Shown here piece by piece: positions 27,263-38,154 of a DNA stretch of 64,000 nt (position 1 is its first letter; each line of letters opens with the position of its first letter). Made by a program: the position numbers and the translations under genes. Below the pieces are notes generated by a model that made no database searches, was not told the origin of the DNA, and saw only the letters and a program-made list of their open reading frames with translations. The stretch is from Hemiscyllium ocellatum (taxonomy: Eukaryota), in assembly GCF_020745735.1 (NCBI RefSeq), contig NC_083409.1, positions 5,631,534 to 5,695,533 on the forward strand. The letters are read 5' to 3'.

Positions 27263-27669
27263 GTGTGGTTGGGGCCTGTATTCGGTCTGTACTCGATGGA
27301 GTTTGGAAGGATGAGGGAGAATCTCAGTGAAACATACAGTATACTGAGAGGCCTGGATAGAGTAGACATGGAGAAGGTGTTTCCACTTGGCAGAGAGACT
27401 GAGTGCACAGCCTCAGAGTGAAGGAGCCATCCTTTGGAACTGTGGTGAGGAGATTTTTCATCCAGAGAGTGGTTAACCTGTGGATTAATCATTGCTGCAG
27501 AATGCTGCGGAGGCCAAGTCATTGAGTGTATTTAAGACAGAGATAGATGGATTCTTGATTGCTAAAGGGATCAAGGGTAATGGAGAAAAGGCAGGAGAAT
27601 GGGGTTGATTGAATGGCAGAGCAGAATTGATGGGCCGAATGGCCTAATTCTGCGCTGATACGTGGTCTT

Positions 27670-27835
27670 TAAAAGATACATTTAGGTGTCCCAGATTAAT
27701 CGAACATGATGTGGATGTAGTTTACTCAGACCCAATAAAACAAAATCCACTTTGGTTAAAACCAGACAACCAAGCCAAAGAAACAAATGAGGCTCAATAT
27801 TTGTTGGAGAATCAAATGATGGAACTGTCAGAGTA
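27670..27835 (+). mobile_element. Gypsy RT N-terminal fragment
   Basis: HDVDVVYSDPIKQNPLWLKP...EAQYLLENQMME resembles the HDVDVG...PIKQHPYR...YMLE RT start. Confidence 0.7.
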
Positions 27836-28106
27836 GATTAGATTACTTACAGTGTGGAAACAGGTCCACACCAACCGACCGAAGCACAACCCACCCAAAC
27901 CCCTTACCTAACATTACGGGCAATTTAGCATGGCCAATTCACCTGACCCGCACATCTTTGGACTGTGGGAGGAAACCGGAGCAAACCCACGCAGACACGG
28001 GGAGAACGTGCAAACTCCACACAGTCAGTCGCCTGAGTTGGGAACTGAACGCGGGTCTCAGGCGCTGTGAGGCAGCAGTGCTAACCACTGTACCACCGTG
28101 CCGGCC
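27836..28106 (-). mobile_element. HE1-like SINE
   Basis: Same head and tail as 4876-5185, with small internal deletions. Confidence 0.88.
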
Positions 28107-28649
28107 ACAATTGGCGTTCTCTTGTGTAGGAGTGAGCAGAAGTCACTATCACCGAAAACGCTGGATTTTATTTTAAAAATGGCTGCCTGGAAAAATTGTT
28201 CTGCCTGGAATTCCAGTTCACACCTCAACTCTGAAAGCGACACCAACCAGAACACATTCTCTTGACTGAAAATAACTTTTACAACTTCAGACTACAAACA
28301 CACATTACTATCAAGGAGCTTCAGAACCATGAACAACAGAGGTCGAACAGAGAAGCTGAATCCAGACACCAAACCAAGAGCATCATCGTAACAAAGGACA
28401 CCCAAGAGCGGGAACACCAACCAAACGCTATCTTAACAAGAGCTTTCAGACACAGGCCTGTTCTGAATAAACAAGAGATTCTTTTTCCCTGAAACACCTG
28501 TCTATTACCTTCTTAATTTCAGTTTTAAATAAACCTATTTGCGAAACCAGGGATCTGGGGATGATTCAAACCACCTAAAAATCAGCAAATTACTAATCGC
28601 AGAAAGAGAGGGTCCCCTGATTAAAAAAGTAAAAAATGAGGTCTGCAGA

Positions 28650-28950
28650 CCCGATGTGGCCTCCTCTATATTGGTTGCACCCGATGTGGCCTCCTCTATA
28701 TTGGTTGCACCCGATGTGGCCTCCTCTATATTGGTGCACCCGATGTGGCCTCCTCTATATTGGTGTGCACCCGATGTGGCCTCCTCTATATTGGTGTGCA
28801 CCCGATGTGGCCTCCTCTATATTGGTGTGCACCCGATGTGGCCTCCTCTATATTGGTGTGCACCCGATGTGGCCTCCTCTATATTGGTGTGCACCCGATG
28901 TGGCCTCCTCTATATTGGTGTGCACCCGATGTGGCCTCCTCTATATTGGT
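28650..28950 (+). repeat. 10-copy tandem array of a 29-31-nt unit from the GIY-YIG coding motif
   Basis: Unit (gt)gcacccgatgtggcctcctctatattggt, identical to the CTRCGLLYIG codons at about 29002-29031. Confidence 0.95.
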
Positions 28951-29485
28951 GTCCGCCACAAGTTCACCTGTACCTCCACACACATCATCTATTGCATCCG
29001 CTGCACCCGATGTGGCCTCCTCTATATTGGTGAGACAGGCCGCTTACTTGCGGAACGCTTCAGAGAACACCTCTGGGCCGCCCGAACCAACCAACCAAAT
29101 CACCCCGTGGCTCAACACTTTAACTCCCCCTCCCACTCCACCGAGGACATGCAGGTCCTTGGACTCCTCCACCGGCAGAACACAACTACACGACGGCTGG
29201 AGGAGGAGCGCCTCATCTTCCGCCTGGGAACCCTCCAACCACAAGGTATGAATTCAGATTTCTCCAGCTTCCTCATTTCCCCTCCCCCCACCTTGTCTCA
29301 GTCGGTTCCCTCAACTCAGCACCGCCCTCCTAACCTGCAATCCTCTTCCTGACCTCTCCGCCCCCACCCCACTCCGGCCTATCACCCTCACCTTGACCTC
29401 CTTCCACCTATCCCACCTCCATCGCCCCTCCCCCTAGTCCCTCCTCCCTACCTTTTATCTCAGCCGGCTTGGCTCTCTCTCTCTT

Positions 29486-29521
29486 ATTCCTGATGAAGGG
29501 CTTATGCTCGAAACGTCGAAT
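29486..29521 (+). ncRNA. Minimal hammerhead ribozyme motif (Penelope terminal repeat)
   Basis: AUUC-CUGAUGA-A-GGGC(UUAU)GCUC-GAAA-CGUC-GAAU: 4-bp stem I, 4-bp stem II, palindromic ACGU helix III and a GUC cleavage triplet. Confidence 0.7.
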
Positions 29522-29579
29522 TCTCTATTCCTGAGATGCTGCCTAACCTGCTGTGCAGGGTCCCCTGATTGGACTGTTT

Positions 29580-29820
29580 AGAGTAATTGGAGTTCTCTTG
29601 TTTGTTGACACAGCCAGATGTTTCAATTAGATACTGTGCACACTTTAAGAATGTGAATGTAGACGCACAGATGGATTTGTATCCTTTTCCAAGGTCAGAA
29701 GATTGCATTGACATGGTGGGTAGTGCGTCAATCCTGGCGAAAATTGATTTGATGAAAATATATTGACAAATATCGCTGAGAAGAACAAAGGAAATTTCTG
29801 CCTTTGCTGCATTCTGGATC
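29580..29820 (+). mobile_element. Gypsy RT fragment
   Basis: SNWSS...PDVSIRYCAHFKNVN...DLYPFPRSEDCIDMVGSASILAKIDLMKIY*QI...KEISAF. Confidence 0.75.
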
Positions 29821-29929
29821 TTTGTACACAATGGAAAACTCAAATACATTCGAAACATGTTGGGACAACAGGTGATAGACTGAGAGCAGAATTGAAGAAA
29901 ATTAGTGTTGCTCAGAAAATTGTTTTGGA

Positions 29930-31470
29930 AAATTTATGGGATTAAAATTTGATAAATCCACAGGGTCCAATAACCTACATTTCAGATTACTTCAGAAATT
30001 GCCCAAAAACTTTGGAAGCATTGGTGTTCAAGGCTCTATCGATTCTGAAACAGTTCCCAGTGACTGGAGAGTTGCAAATGTAACATCACTATTTAAAATG
30101 GGAGGGAGAGAGAAAACTGGACATCTTAGACCCGTCGGCCTGACATTGGTATTGGGGAAAATACTCAAGTCCGTTGTGAAAGATTTAATCACGGAGGACG
30201 TGGAAGACAGTGACAGGATTAGACAGAGTCAGCATGATTTGTGAAAGGGAAAAAAATGCTTAACAAATTGAGTGGAATTGTTCGAGGATGTAATGAGCGG
30301 ATTTGACAAGGTGAGCCAATGGATGTGGTTTATCTGAAACATTCAGATAAGTAAGTCCCACAGTAGAAATTAGCGTATAAAAGTAAGCCTCATGGGACTG
30401 GGGGCAGTGTACTGACATGAATAGAGAATTAGTTGGCAGACTGGAAACAAAGAGATAAAAAAAACAGACCTTTTTCTGAAAGGGTGCCAGAGGCCTGGGT
30501 CCAGCTATTCACCATATTTTTTTCATGGTTTGGATGATGGAACTGAAGAGTAATATCTCCAACTTTGCAGATCACTCAAAGCTGGCTGTGAGGGGGAGCT
30601 GTGAAGAAGATGCAGGGATTCCTCTGTCCTTGTATACCAGTCACTGAAAGTCATCGTGCAGTTGCAGCAGGCAGTGCCGAAAGATAATGATATGTTACCA
30701 TTATAGTGAGAGGATTTGAGTGCAGGACCAGGGATGTGAAGCTGTAATTGTATGGGGCCTTAGTGAGTCCACATCTGGAATATTCAGACAAGTACTTGGA
30801 TGAACCCTTGAAATATTATAACATTAAAAGCTACGGCCATTGTGTTGGAAAGTTTGATGAGTGTAGATTTAACGTGGTTTGGATGGTACGGGTACAATGG
30901 GCCGAAGGGCCTCTTCTGTACTGTGTGACTTTATGATTGTATTGTGTGCAGCTTTATTCTCTTTATCTGAGGAAGGATGTTCTGGCTGTGGAGGGAGGGC
31001 AGTGAAGGTTTACCGGGGTGATTCCAGGGATGACAGCATTAGATCTGAGGAGAAATTGGATCAGTTAGGAATATATTTACTGGAGGTTAGAAGATTGAGG
31101 GGAGTCACACTGAAAACTCTAAAATTGTAACAGGACAAGGCAGAATGTTCCTGATGACTGGGGAGTCCAGAACCAAGGAATATAATTTAAGGATATGGGA
31201 AAGGACATTTTAGGCTGACATTGAGAGCAATGTTTTCATTCAGTGAGTGGGAAGTCTGTAGAAGTTTCTATCACTGAAAGCATTTCAGCACAAACCACTG
31301 AATATTTTCCAGAAAGAGCAGGATATGGTTCTTAGAATGAAAGCAATCAAAGGTTATAGGGAGGAAGCAGGAACAGGCACCTGAGTTGGATGATCAGCCA
31401 TGATCATATTGACTGGCAGAACAGGCTCCAAGGGCAGAATGGCCTACTCCTGCTCCGAAGCTCACTGTTT
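29930..31470 (+). mobile_element. CR1 RT-to-3'-end fragment
   Basis: VPSDWRVANVTSLFKMGGREKTG..RPVGLT.VLGKIL, plus 3' tail. Confidence 0.8.
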
Positions 31471-32395
31471 GAGAGACTGTACATTAACGTGGAACCATAT
31501 TGAATTAGTGGAAACACATTTGCCTTGGGTTAGAAATTAGTTTGGAGATGGGAGACAGAGTAAGGAGATAATGTGTGTGTCCTCCATTGAGCAAGAGGTG
31601 AATATCGATGTGCCCAGGGATCCATCCTGGGACTTCAGTACTTCACAGTATTTCTTAATGTCTTGGAATTCTCTATTCCTGAGATGCTGCCTGGCCTGCT
31701 GTGCTTTGACCAGCAACACAGTTTCAGCTGTGATCTCCAGCATCTGCAGACCTCATTTTTTACTGAAGGAATAGAGAGCCGTATATCCAAGTTTGCTGAC
31801 CACACTGAGTGAGGCAGCTAGGAGGATGTTACAGAGATGGGGAGGGTGCTTGGACAAGGAGGGACTTCAGAACAATGACGAGAATTTGAAAATCGAGGTG
31901 TTGTTGAACCGGGAGTCAATGTCGCTCAGTGAGGATGGTAAGGGATGGGGATGGGATTTGTTGCGAGTTCGGATACAGGTAGCAGAGTTTGGGGTGAGCT
32001 GAAATTTACAGAGGGCAGTGGTTGTGATGTGGCCCAGGACAACATTAGAATGATCACGTTTGGATTTCCAAAGCAACGGCTGGGACTTTCAGTAGGTAAT
32101 TTCTGTGTTGTGGAGGATTTGGGGCTCAGATCAGACTCAATGATGAGGCCAAGATTGTAAGGAGTCTGATACTAAATAAAAGCTGAAAAAGGTGCAGATG
32201 CTGCAAATGAGGAACACAAACAGAAATTGCTGGAAAATGTCTGCAGGTTTGGCAACATCTGTGGAGAGAAAGCACAGTTAAAATTTTGGGACAAGTGCAC
32301 CTTCTCAGAAGTGTTCTGACGAAGAGTCACTCAACCTGAAAGGTCATCTCTGATTGCTTTCCCCAGATGCTGCCGGACCTGCTGAGGTATTCTGT

Positions 32396-32750
32396 TTTTG
32401 TAAAGAGTCTGGTTGACCAGCAGACAGTGCTCAGGGGGAGGGATGGAATTTGTACCAGGAGTTGAAGAGGATGGCTTTGATTTTGCCAATATGTTTCACG
32501 GTGAGCCTGGCTCCTCAGTCCTGATGGCTCTTAGCTGTGGTGATTTTCACTGATTGGACACATATTATTAGAGATTCTGACCACAGCACAAAGCCTCAAT
32601 GTAAAAAAAATAACTGGAAAGACTGTCAGATCGCAAAGTTGAAACTTCACCCAGAGAGGAAGTGAAAGAAGGAGCTCGGAGCAGCTGGATGTTTGTTACT
32701 GAGACGGGAGAAAACTGTGAACCGTCTGCACTCTCTGGAATCTGACAGCA
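32396..32750 (+). promoter_or_regulatory. Candidate immune enhancer/promoter module, copy 2 (about 4.4 kb upstream of the V gene)
   Basis: ATTGG (32553-32557), ACCACA (32580-32585), GGAAGTGAAA (32658-32667) and CAGCTG (32682-32687), in the same order as copy 1. Confidence 0.5.
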
Positions 32751-34309
32751 CATAAGAACATTAAAACTAGGAGCAGGAGCAGGCTATCTGACCCCTCGGG
32801 CTGCTCTTCCATTCGGTAAGGTCAGGGCTGTTGTTTTCATGGCCTCAGCTCCCCCCGACCCACCTTTTCACCAAAACCCTTGATTCGTTTACTGTTCAAA
32901 AAATTATCTGTCTTAGCTTTGAAAACATTTCCTTAGGAAACCTCAACGACTTCACTGGACAGGGAATTCCATAGATTCACAACCCTCTGGGTGAAGAAGT
33001 TCCTTCTCTATTCAGTCATAAATCTGCTCCCCCTCGCACACGAGGAGGCCATTCAGCCTATCGTGTCTGTAAGTGATCCAATTAGTCCCACTGCCCCTCT
33101 CTCTCCCCATAACCCAGCAAATCTTTCCTTTTAAGCTCAATCTCCAGTTGCCTCTTGTGGACCTACCCCTAACCTGGGCTCCAAATTGGCACCTCATCCA
33201 TTCATTGGGAGGCAAACTGCCTAGGCTGGGAAATGGAGCTCAGGATCCTGAACATTCTCTCTCTCTTCCTGAGGGACATTTGATGCTGAGGTTTAGTTCT
33301 ATGTAACTGTACAATATATGCCTACCATACACACTTCCCCATTCTGTGTGTAAAAAGGCTGGAGCCTGTCAGCAGGATATTCAACTGCACGAGCCGTCAT
33401 CAATTTCACCCAATTCTGACCACATCCACTCTCCATAACCTGTCAACTCATTACTAATATCAAATCTGTCCATCTCTCACTTGGTGAGACTGGGAAGGGG
33501 CCACTTCATTCCAGACAGTTTGGAATTTATGGAGCACAGATGGAGGACGTTGAGAGAGGACATTGGAATGATGGAGTTTGGAGGTGGGATGAGCAGGAAT
33601 AAGGGTTCCGTGATCAAGGGGCTGATGTAGTGCAGAGACAAGCAATGTTGTGGAGATTGAAATAAGAGCCCGATGTGATGGAGATGATGTGGAGTTTGAA
33701 GCTCCAATACTGGAGGGTCCAGTGGGAAAGAGGCCTTTGTGTACTGCTGTTCATTGTACATTCCAGTGGGATGGATGGTCCAGCGAGAACGAAGTCCTAG
33801 TTTATGGTGTCTTTTGGAGTGTCCTGACAGAAGGAGGCCCATGTTTACTGATCTCTGTTGGAGGTTCCAATTGAGTCCCATGGAATTGGAATGTTGGCAT
33901 TTCTTGCAGCAATTGGAATCTTGGTATTTATTATAAAAGGACTGGATTACAGAAATAAAGAAATATTGTTCCAATTCTATGAGGCTTTGGATAGACCATA
34001 TCTGAAGCACTGTGTCCAGTTGTGGTCTCCTTACTTGGTGAAGGATATGGTGGAACTGGATGTAGTTCACCAGACTGATTCCCGGGATGAAAGTGCTGTC
34101 ATATGAGGAATCGTTGAATAGCTAGGGCTTGTACTCACTGGAGTTCAGTCGCATGAAGGGGGATCTGAGTGAAGTATATAAGATGCTAAAGGGGGTTGAT
34201 AGGGCAGGTGTGGAACAGATATTCTCTCGTGTGGGCCAGTCTCGAACAATAGGTCATAGATATTGATTGAGAGGAGGTACATGTAAAACTGAGATGAGGA
34301 GAAAATACA

Positions 34310-34660
34310 GGCGGCACAGTGGTGCAGTGGTGAGCACTGCTGCCTTACAGTGCCAGGGACCCAGATTCAATTCCACCCTCAGGCAACTGTATGGAGTTTG
34401 CACATTATCCCCCTGAATGTGTGGGTTTCTTCTGTGTGCTTCGATTTCCTCTCACATTCTAATGATGTATACATTCGGAGGATTGTCCATGCTAATTTAC
34501 CCATAGTGGCCAGGAAAGTGTAGGTTAGATTCATTAGTCATGGGCAATATTGGGTAACATGGAAAGGGTTCGGGAATGGCTCTGTGTGGAATGCTCTTAA
34601 AAGGTCGGTATGCACTTGTTGGGATGAGTGGCCTAGTTCTATACTGTCTGGAATCTGTTC
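34310..34660 (+). mobile_element. HE1-like SINE, older
   Basis: ggcggcacagtggtgcagtggtgagcactgctgcc head and a decayed body. Confidence 0.75.
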
Positions 34661-34979
34661 CATTCCAACTAGTTCTCTCAGAGGGTTGTGAACCTGTGGA
34701 AGTCAGCTCGCACCACCACTAACCCCAGGCCCTCTCCCACCGGTTCCTCAAGCACAATGGAGGCAGAATCAATCAACAGATTCAAGAAAGAAACAGATGT
34801 CTTTCTGATGAAAAGCAGGTTAGAGGGCAATAGGGAGCAGTCTGGAAAGTGGGGAGGAGGTTAAGATCAGCGATGATCATGTTACATACGAAACGGGCTT
34901 GAAGGCTGAATTATCTATTCTTGCTCCTCCTTCCGAAGTTCAGTCTTGCTAAGGCAATGAGATCCTTGTTTACTGGATC

Positions 34980-35605
34980 CAGTCACATGTTTACTGGACT
35001 GTATTGGAGGGTCCAGTTTGAAGCTGATCCATATTTACTGGTCTGTTCTGGAGAGTCCAAAGAAATGGAGGCCTTTCTCTCCTGGTTTCTATTAGAGCCT
35101 CCAACAGTAATAAGGTCCATGTTAAGTAGTTTCTGCTGGAGTATTTACTGGGAAATAGACCCATATTTACTGGTCTCCATTGGAGGCTCCAGTGGCCTAT
35201 GTTTAATGGTCTCTACTGGAGAGTTCAGTGGGAATGAATTTCATGCTTATTGATCTCCATTTGACAGTCCAGTGGGACATGGATAACGTGGTGAGCGTGG
35301 GGCTCATTTCCTTTCTGTTGTATCTGTGTGATGGTCCAATCCCCATCCCAGTAAAATTGGAGCTTGACCATATAAGGGGAAGTTGAGGGGAAAGGATTGG
35401 AATATGTTGTGAATGGACAGGGTGGGTCAATGTGGCAAAGTCTATCCTATCCTTCCAGCTCACACTGATGCCATGAGGATCTCCTCTCTCTGCTGGGCTT
35501 TCAATGGAATGTACTTTGTGTCCGACCCAGTCCGCTGTAAAAATAGGTCAATAGCACAGACTTGCCCTTCATTTGACAAAAATCTGACCGCCTTCCTGAG
35601 AGAGG
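34980..35605 (+). repeat. Inverted paralog of 8948-9490, including a degenerate minisatellite (ccatgtttactggtctc core)
   Basis: Reverse-complement similarity to 8948-9490. Core ccat(a/g)tttactgg repeated several times, with further copies near 33700-33870. Confidence 0.75.
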
Positions 35606-35754
35606 CTAAATCCAGGTCAATGTGGGAAATGGGGATTTACTCCAGGAGTAAACATACTCTTGGAGTCAATGATTAAAATCCATTAGTGGTGTAGAGCTGG
35701 AGACGATTTACCCTGTATTTAACTTTTATCACTTGCCACATTGTTGGAAAGGCA

Positions 35755-35885
35755 GAGAGAGGGAGAGAAAGTGAGTGAGAGGGAGAGAGAGAGACTATCG
35801 GCGAGAGAGACATAGAAGGACAGGGTGAGAAAGTGAGAGAGTGCGGGCCAAAGAGTCTGAGGCAGTGTAAGATGAGTAAAAGGGG

Positions 35886-35933
<48 letters not shown>

Positions 35934-36564
35934 GAGATGGTGGGGTTGAAGAATAGAGATCGAGCGAGATAGAGGATGAGACAGTGTGACTGAGAGAGAG
36001 GGGGCAGAAATAGAGAGAGAGAGAAAGATGTAGAGTAGTTGTGAGACTAGGAGTAAAGGGAATCTAGTGAAAGAGAGACAGACAGACAGGTTCTGGTCAC
36101 CACATTAGAGAAGGGTCTGACTGTAGTCGAGACGGTGCAGAGATTTCCCAGGATTCTGCCTGGCCAGGTTAGTCTGAGCTATGAGGAAGGATTGAAAAAG
36201 CTAGGATTGCTTCTCTTGGAGTAGTGAAGGTTGAGAGGGAACCTGCTAAAGGGCTAGAACATTATGAGGGGCAGAGATAGGGTGGACAGGAAATCAACGT
36301 TTTCCATGAATAGAGGGATCAACATCCACGGGCAGAGATTGGAGATTAAAATATATGCAAAGATAGAAACAGGGAGTAGGAGTAGTGTTAGGGTTCGGAT
36401 TCGGGATTGGCCCTGTGAGGCTGCTCTGTCATTCAATATAATCATGGTTGATCCACTCCCTCAATGTCAAGCTAGGATTGGTGTTGTTAGATCATTGATG
36501 ACCCGTTCAGACTTGTTAAATGCTGTTAATGTCATTGAGTTTCTGGTTGAGAGAGAGAGACAGA

Positions 36565-36605
<41 letters not shown>

Positions 36606-37080
36606 ATTGAGAGATTGAGTGAGAGAGGGCGAGGCATTTAGCTGCTGCCCCAGGACTCACTGTTCCAATGTCCTGGAATAACGACTGCTAGAGAGATCAG
36701 TTAGAGAGTGACTGGAGGGAGGGAGACAGACAAAGAGAGAGTGAGGCAATTAGAGATTGAGGGTATAAGGAGCGAACGAGTTAGGAATTGGGTAGAAAGA
36801 TAAGTGAAGGGGAAGAATGAATAAGAAAGAGAGAAAGCGAGAGAGAGACCAACTAACACAGAAGGAAAAGGAGATTAAACAGAGTGTCAAACATACTTGG
36901 AAAAAGGGAAAGATATAAATGGTTATATAATTGGTAGAGGACAGAGTCGGAGACGGAAATAGAAAAGGAGGGAGAGTCAATGAATAACAGGAATATATAC
37001 AAGAGAAAGGTGAGAAAGAGACAAAGGGGCAAAGGATGAAAGGAAGTATGAAAAGGAAGGACAAAAGAGAGAGAAGAGGA
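35755..37080 (+). repeat. Purine-rich (GA)n/low-complexity tracts directly upstream of the V promoter
   Basis: Pure (GA)n at about 35890-35930 and 36573-36600. Near-all-purine + strand at about 35755-36085 and 36700-37080. Confidence 0.85.
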
Positions 37081-37129
37081 AGTGTGAGGGACTGACGTGG
37101 CAGGCTCTCACAGACTGCAGCTTTATAAA
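37073..37129 (+). promoter_or_regulatory. V-gene proximal promoter: PU-box, CRE-like site, TATA
   Basis: GAAGAGGAAGTG (37073-37084, PU.1/Spi-type), TGACGTGG (37093-37100, CRE/ATF-like) and TATAAA (37124-37129) lie upstream of the leader ATG. Confidence 0.6.
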
Positions 37130-37189
37130 GCAGAGCCCAGTGAAGGGAGAGTTTATCAGGAACCAGGCACAGGGACAGGAGCACACACC

Positions 37190-37238
37190 ATGATTTCACA
37201 CATCCAGCTGATCTGGCTCCTGGCATTCTGTGACGCAG
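37190..37238 (+). CDS. Ig light chain (sigma-cart/type I/NS5-like) leader exon
   Basis: ATG at 37190 encodes MISHIQLIWLLAFCDA+G, followed by a phase-1 donor GTACAA at 37239. TATA box about 60 nt upstream. Confidence 0.92.
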
Positions 37239-37424
37239 GTACAAATTTATCTCCTTCAACTTTTAAAATTTAGCTGCTCTCCATTTCATTCCAATTCAAC
37301 TGGCTTGTGATTGAAGGGAAAATGTTGAAACCAGCGGAATGCTCAGTGTCTCCAACAATCTCTCATTTGACAGGCTCTTTCTGTGACAGTTCTGATTTCA
37401 CTGTGTTTCTCTCTGACCCCTTAG

Positions 37425-37760
37425 GTATCAGTGGGGACATCATTATGAGCCAGTCTCCCCCGGTGCTGTCAGTGGGACTGGGCCAGACCGCAACCATCAC
37501 CTGTACGGCCAGTCAAGACATTAGCTACTACCTCAGTTGGTACCAGCAGCGAGAAGGTCAGAAACCCTCTCTCCTGATCTATTATGCAACATATAGATTC
37601 ACAGGAGCTTCTGAGCGATTCACTGGCATTCAAACCAGGACCAGTTTCATCCTCACAATCAGCAACGTTCAGAATGAGGATGTCGCTGATTATTTCTGTC
37701 AGAACAACAAGTATAGCAGCCCCCCTCTTACATTCAGTAAAGGAACCAAGCTCAGACTGA
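37425..37760 (+). CDS. Ig light chain pre-joined V-J exon (sigma-cart/NS5-like)
   Basis: Acceptor ...ccccttag at 37421-37424. Encodes (G)ISG-DIIMSQSPPVLSVGLGQTATITC...WYQQREGQKPSLLIY...EDVADYFC-QNNKYSSPPLT-FSKGTKLRL with both V-domain Cys and the Trp. J follows in frame with no heptamer/nonamer between V and J. Donor GTAAGT at 37761 (phase 1). Confidence 0.95.
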
Positions 37761-38154
37761 GTAAGTAAACCTCAATCCTCCGTTAATTACACTTTCAGTA
37801 TTGAATCAACTTTTTTAAAAAAACAAATGCTGAATTGTTAAAGGTGTTAGTAGGGAGCGGCAGTGAATGAAATAGTTGATTAAGGAGCATTGTGTCTAAC
37901 AGGGTGTACAACTATATTTCTTTAGTTCCATTGCTCCCTTTAAAAATACAAGTTATAATTCAGTCAGTATTACTCACCGTGTGGAGGAGCTCTGTCCGTT
38001 TGCAGCCTGTGGTCCCATTCCTGCAGCATGGAGTGAAATCAGTGAGTAGCCTCCTGCCAGTCTCAGTGTGACAGATACTGGGGAGAGTTTGATGTGAGCT
38101 CTGGCTCCCTGTCCCAGTCTCTGTTCTCACTGACCTCAGGAGCAGCAACAGCAT

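Larger units (their letters stand above)
28623..29556 (+). mobile_element. Penelope-like element, 5'-truncated (GIY-YIG C-terminus plus terminal repeat), 14-bp TSD
   Basis: 28951-29352 encodes VRHKFTCTSTHIIYCIRCTRCGLLYIGETGRLLAERFREHL...LEEERLIFRLGTLQPQGMN. Flanked by AGGGTCCCCTGATT at 28609-28622 and 29557-29570. Confidence 0.9.

Noticed and set aside
28650-28950. CRISPR-like array
   Set aside because: The repeats are directly adjacent with no spacers, and the sequence is eukaryotic.
28636-29352. 238-aa ORF as a novel repeat protein
   Set aside because: It is the tandem array read in shifting frames, fused to a Penelope GIY-YIG fragment.
36750-37259. 169-aa hydrophobic - strand ORF resembling a membrane protein
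   Set aside because: It arises from the complement of the GA-rich low-complexity tract.
37367-37405. CACTGTG heptamer in the leader intron as a possible cryptic RSS
   Set aside because: No acceptable nonamer at 12- or 23-bp spacing. The best partial match (6/9) is at 14 bp.
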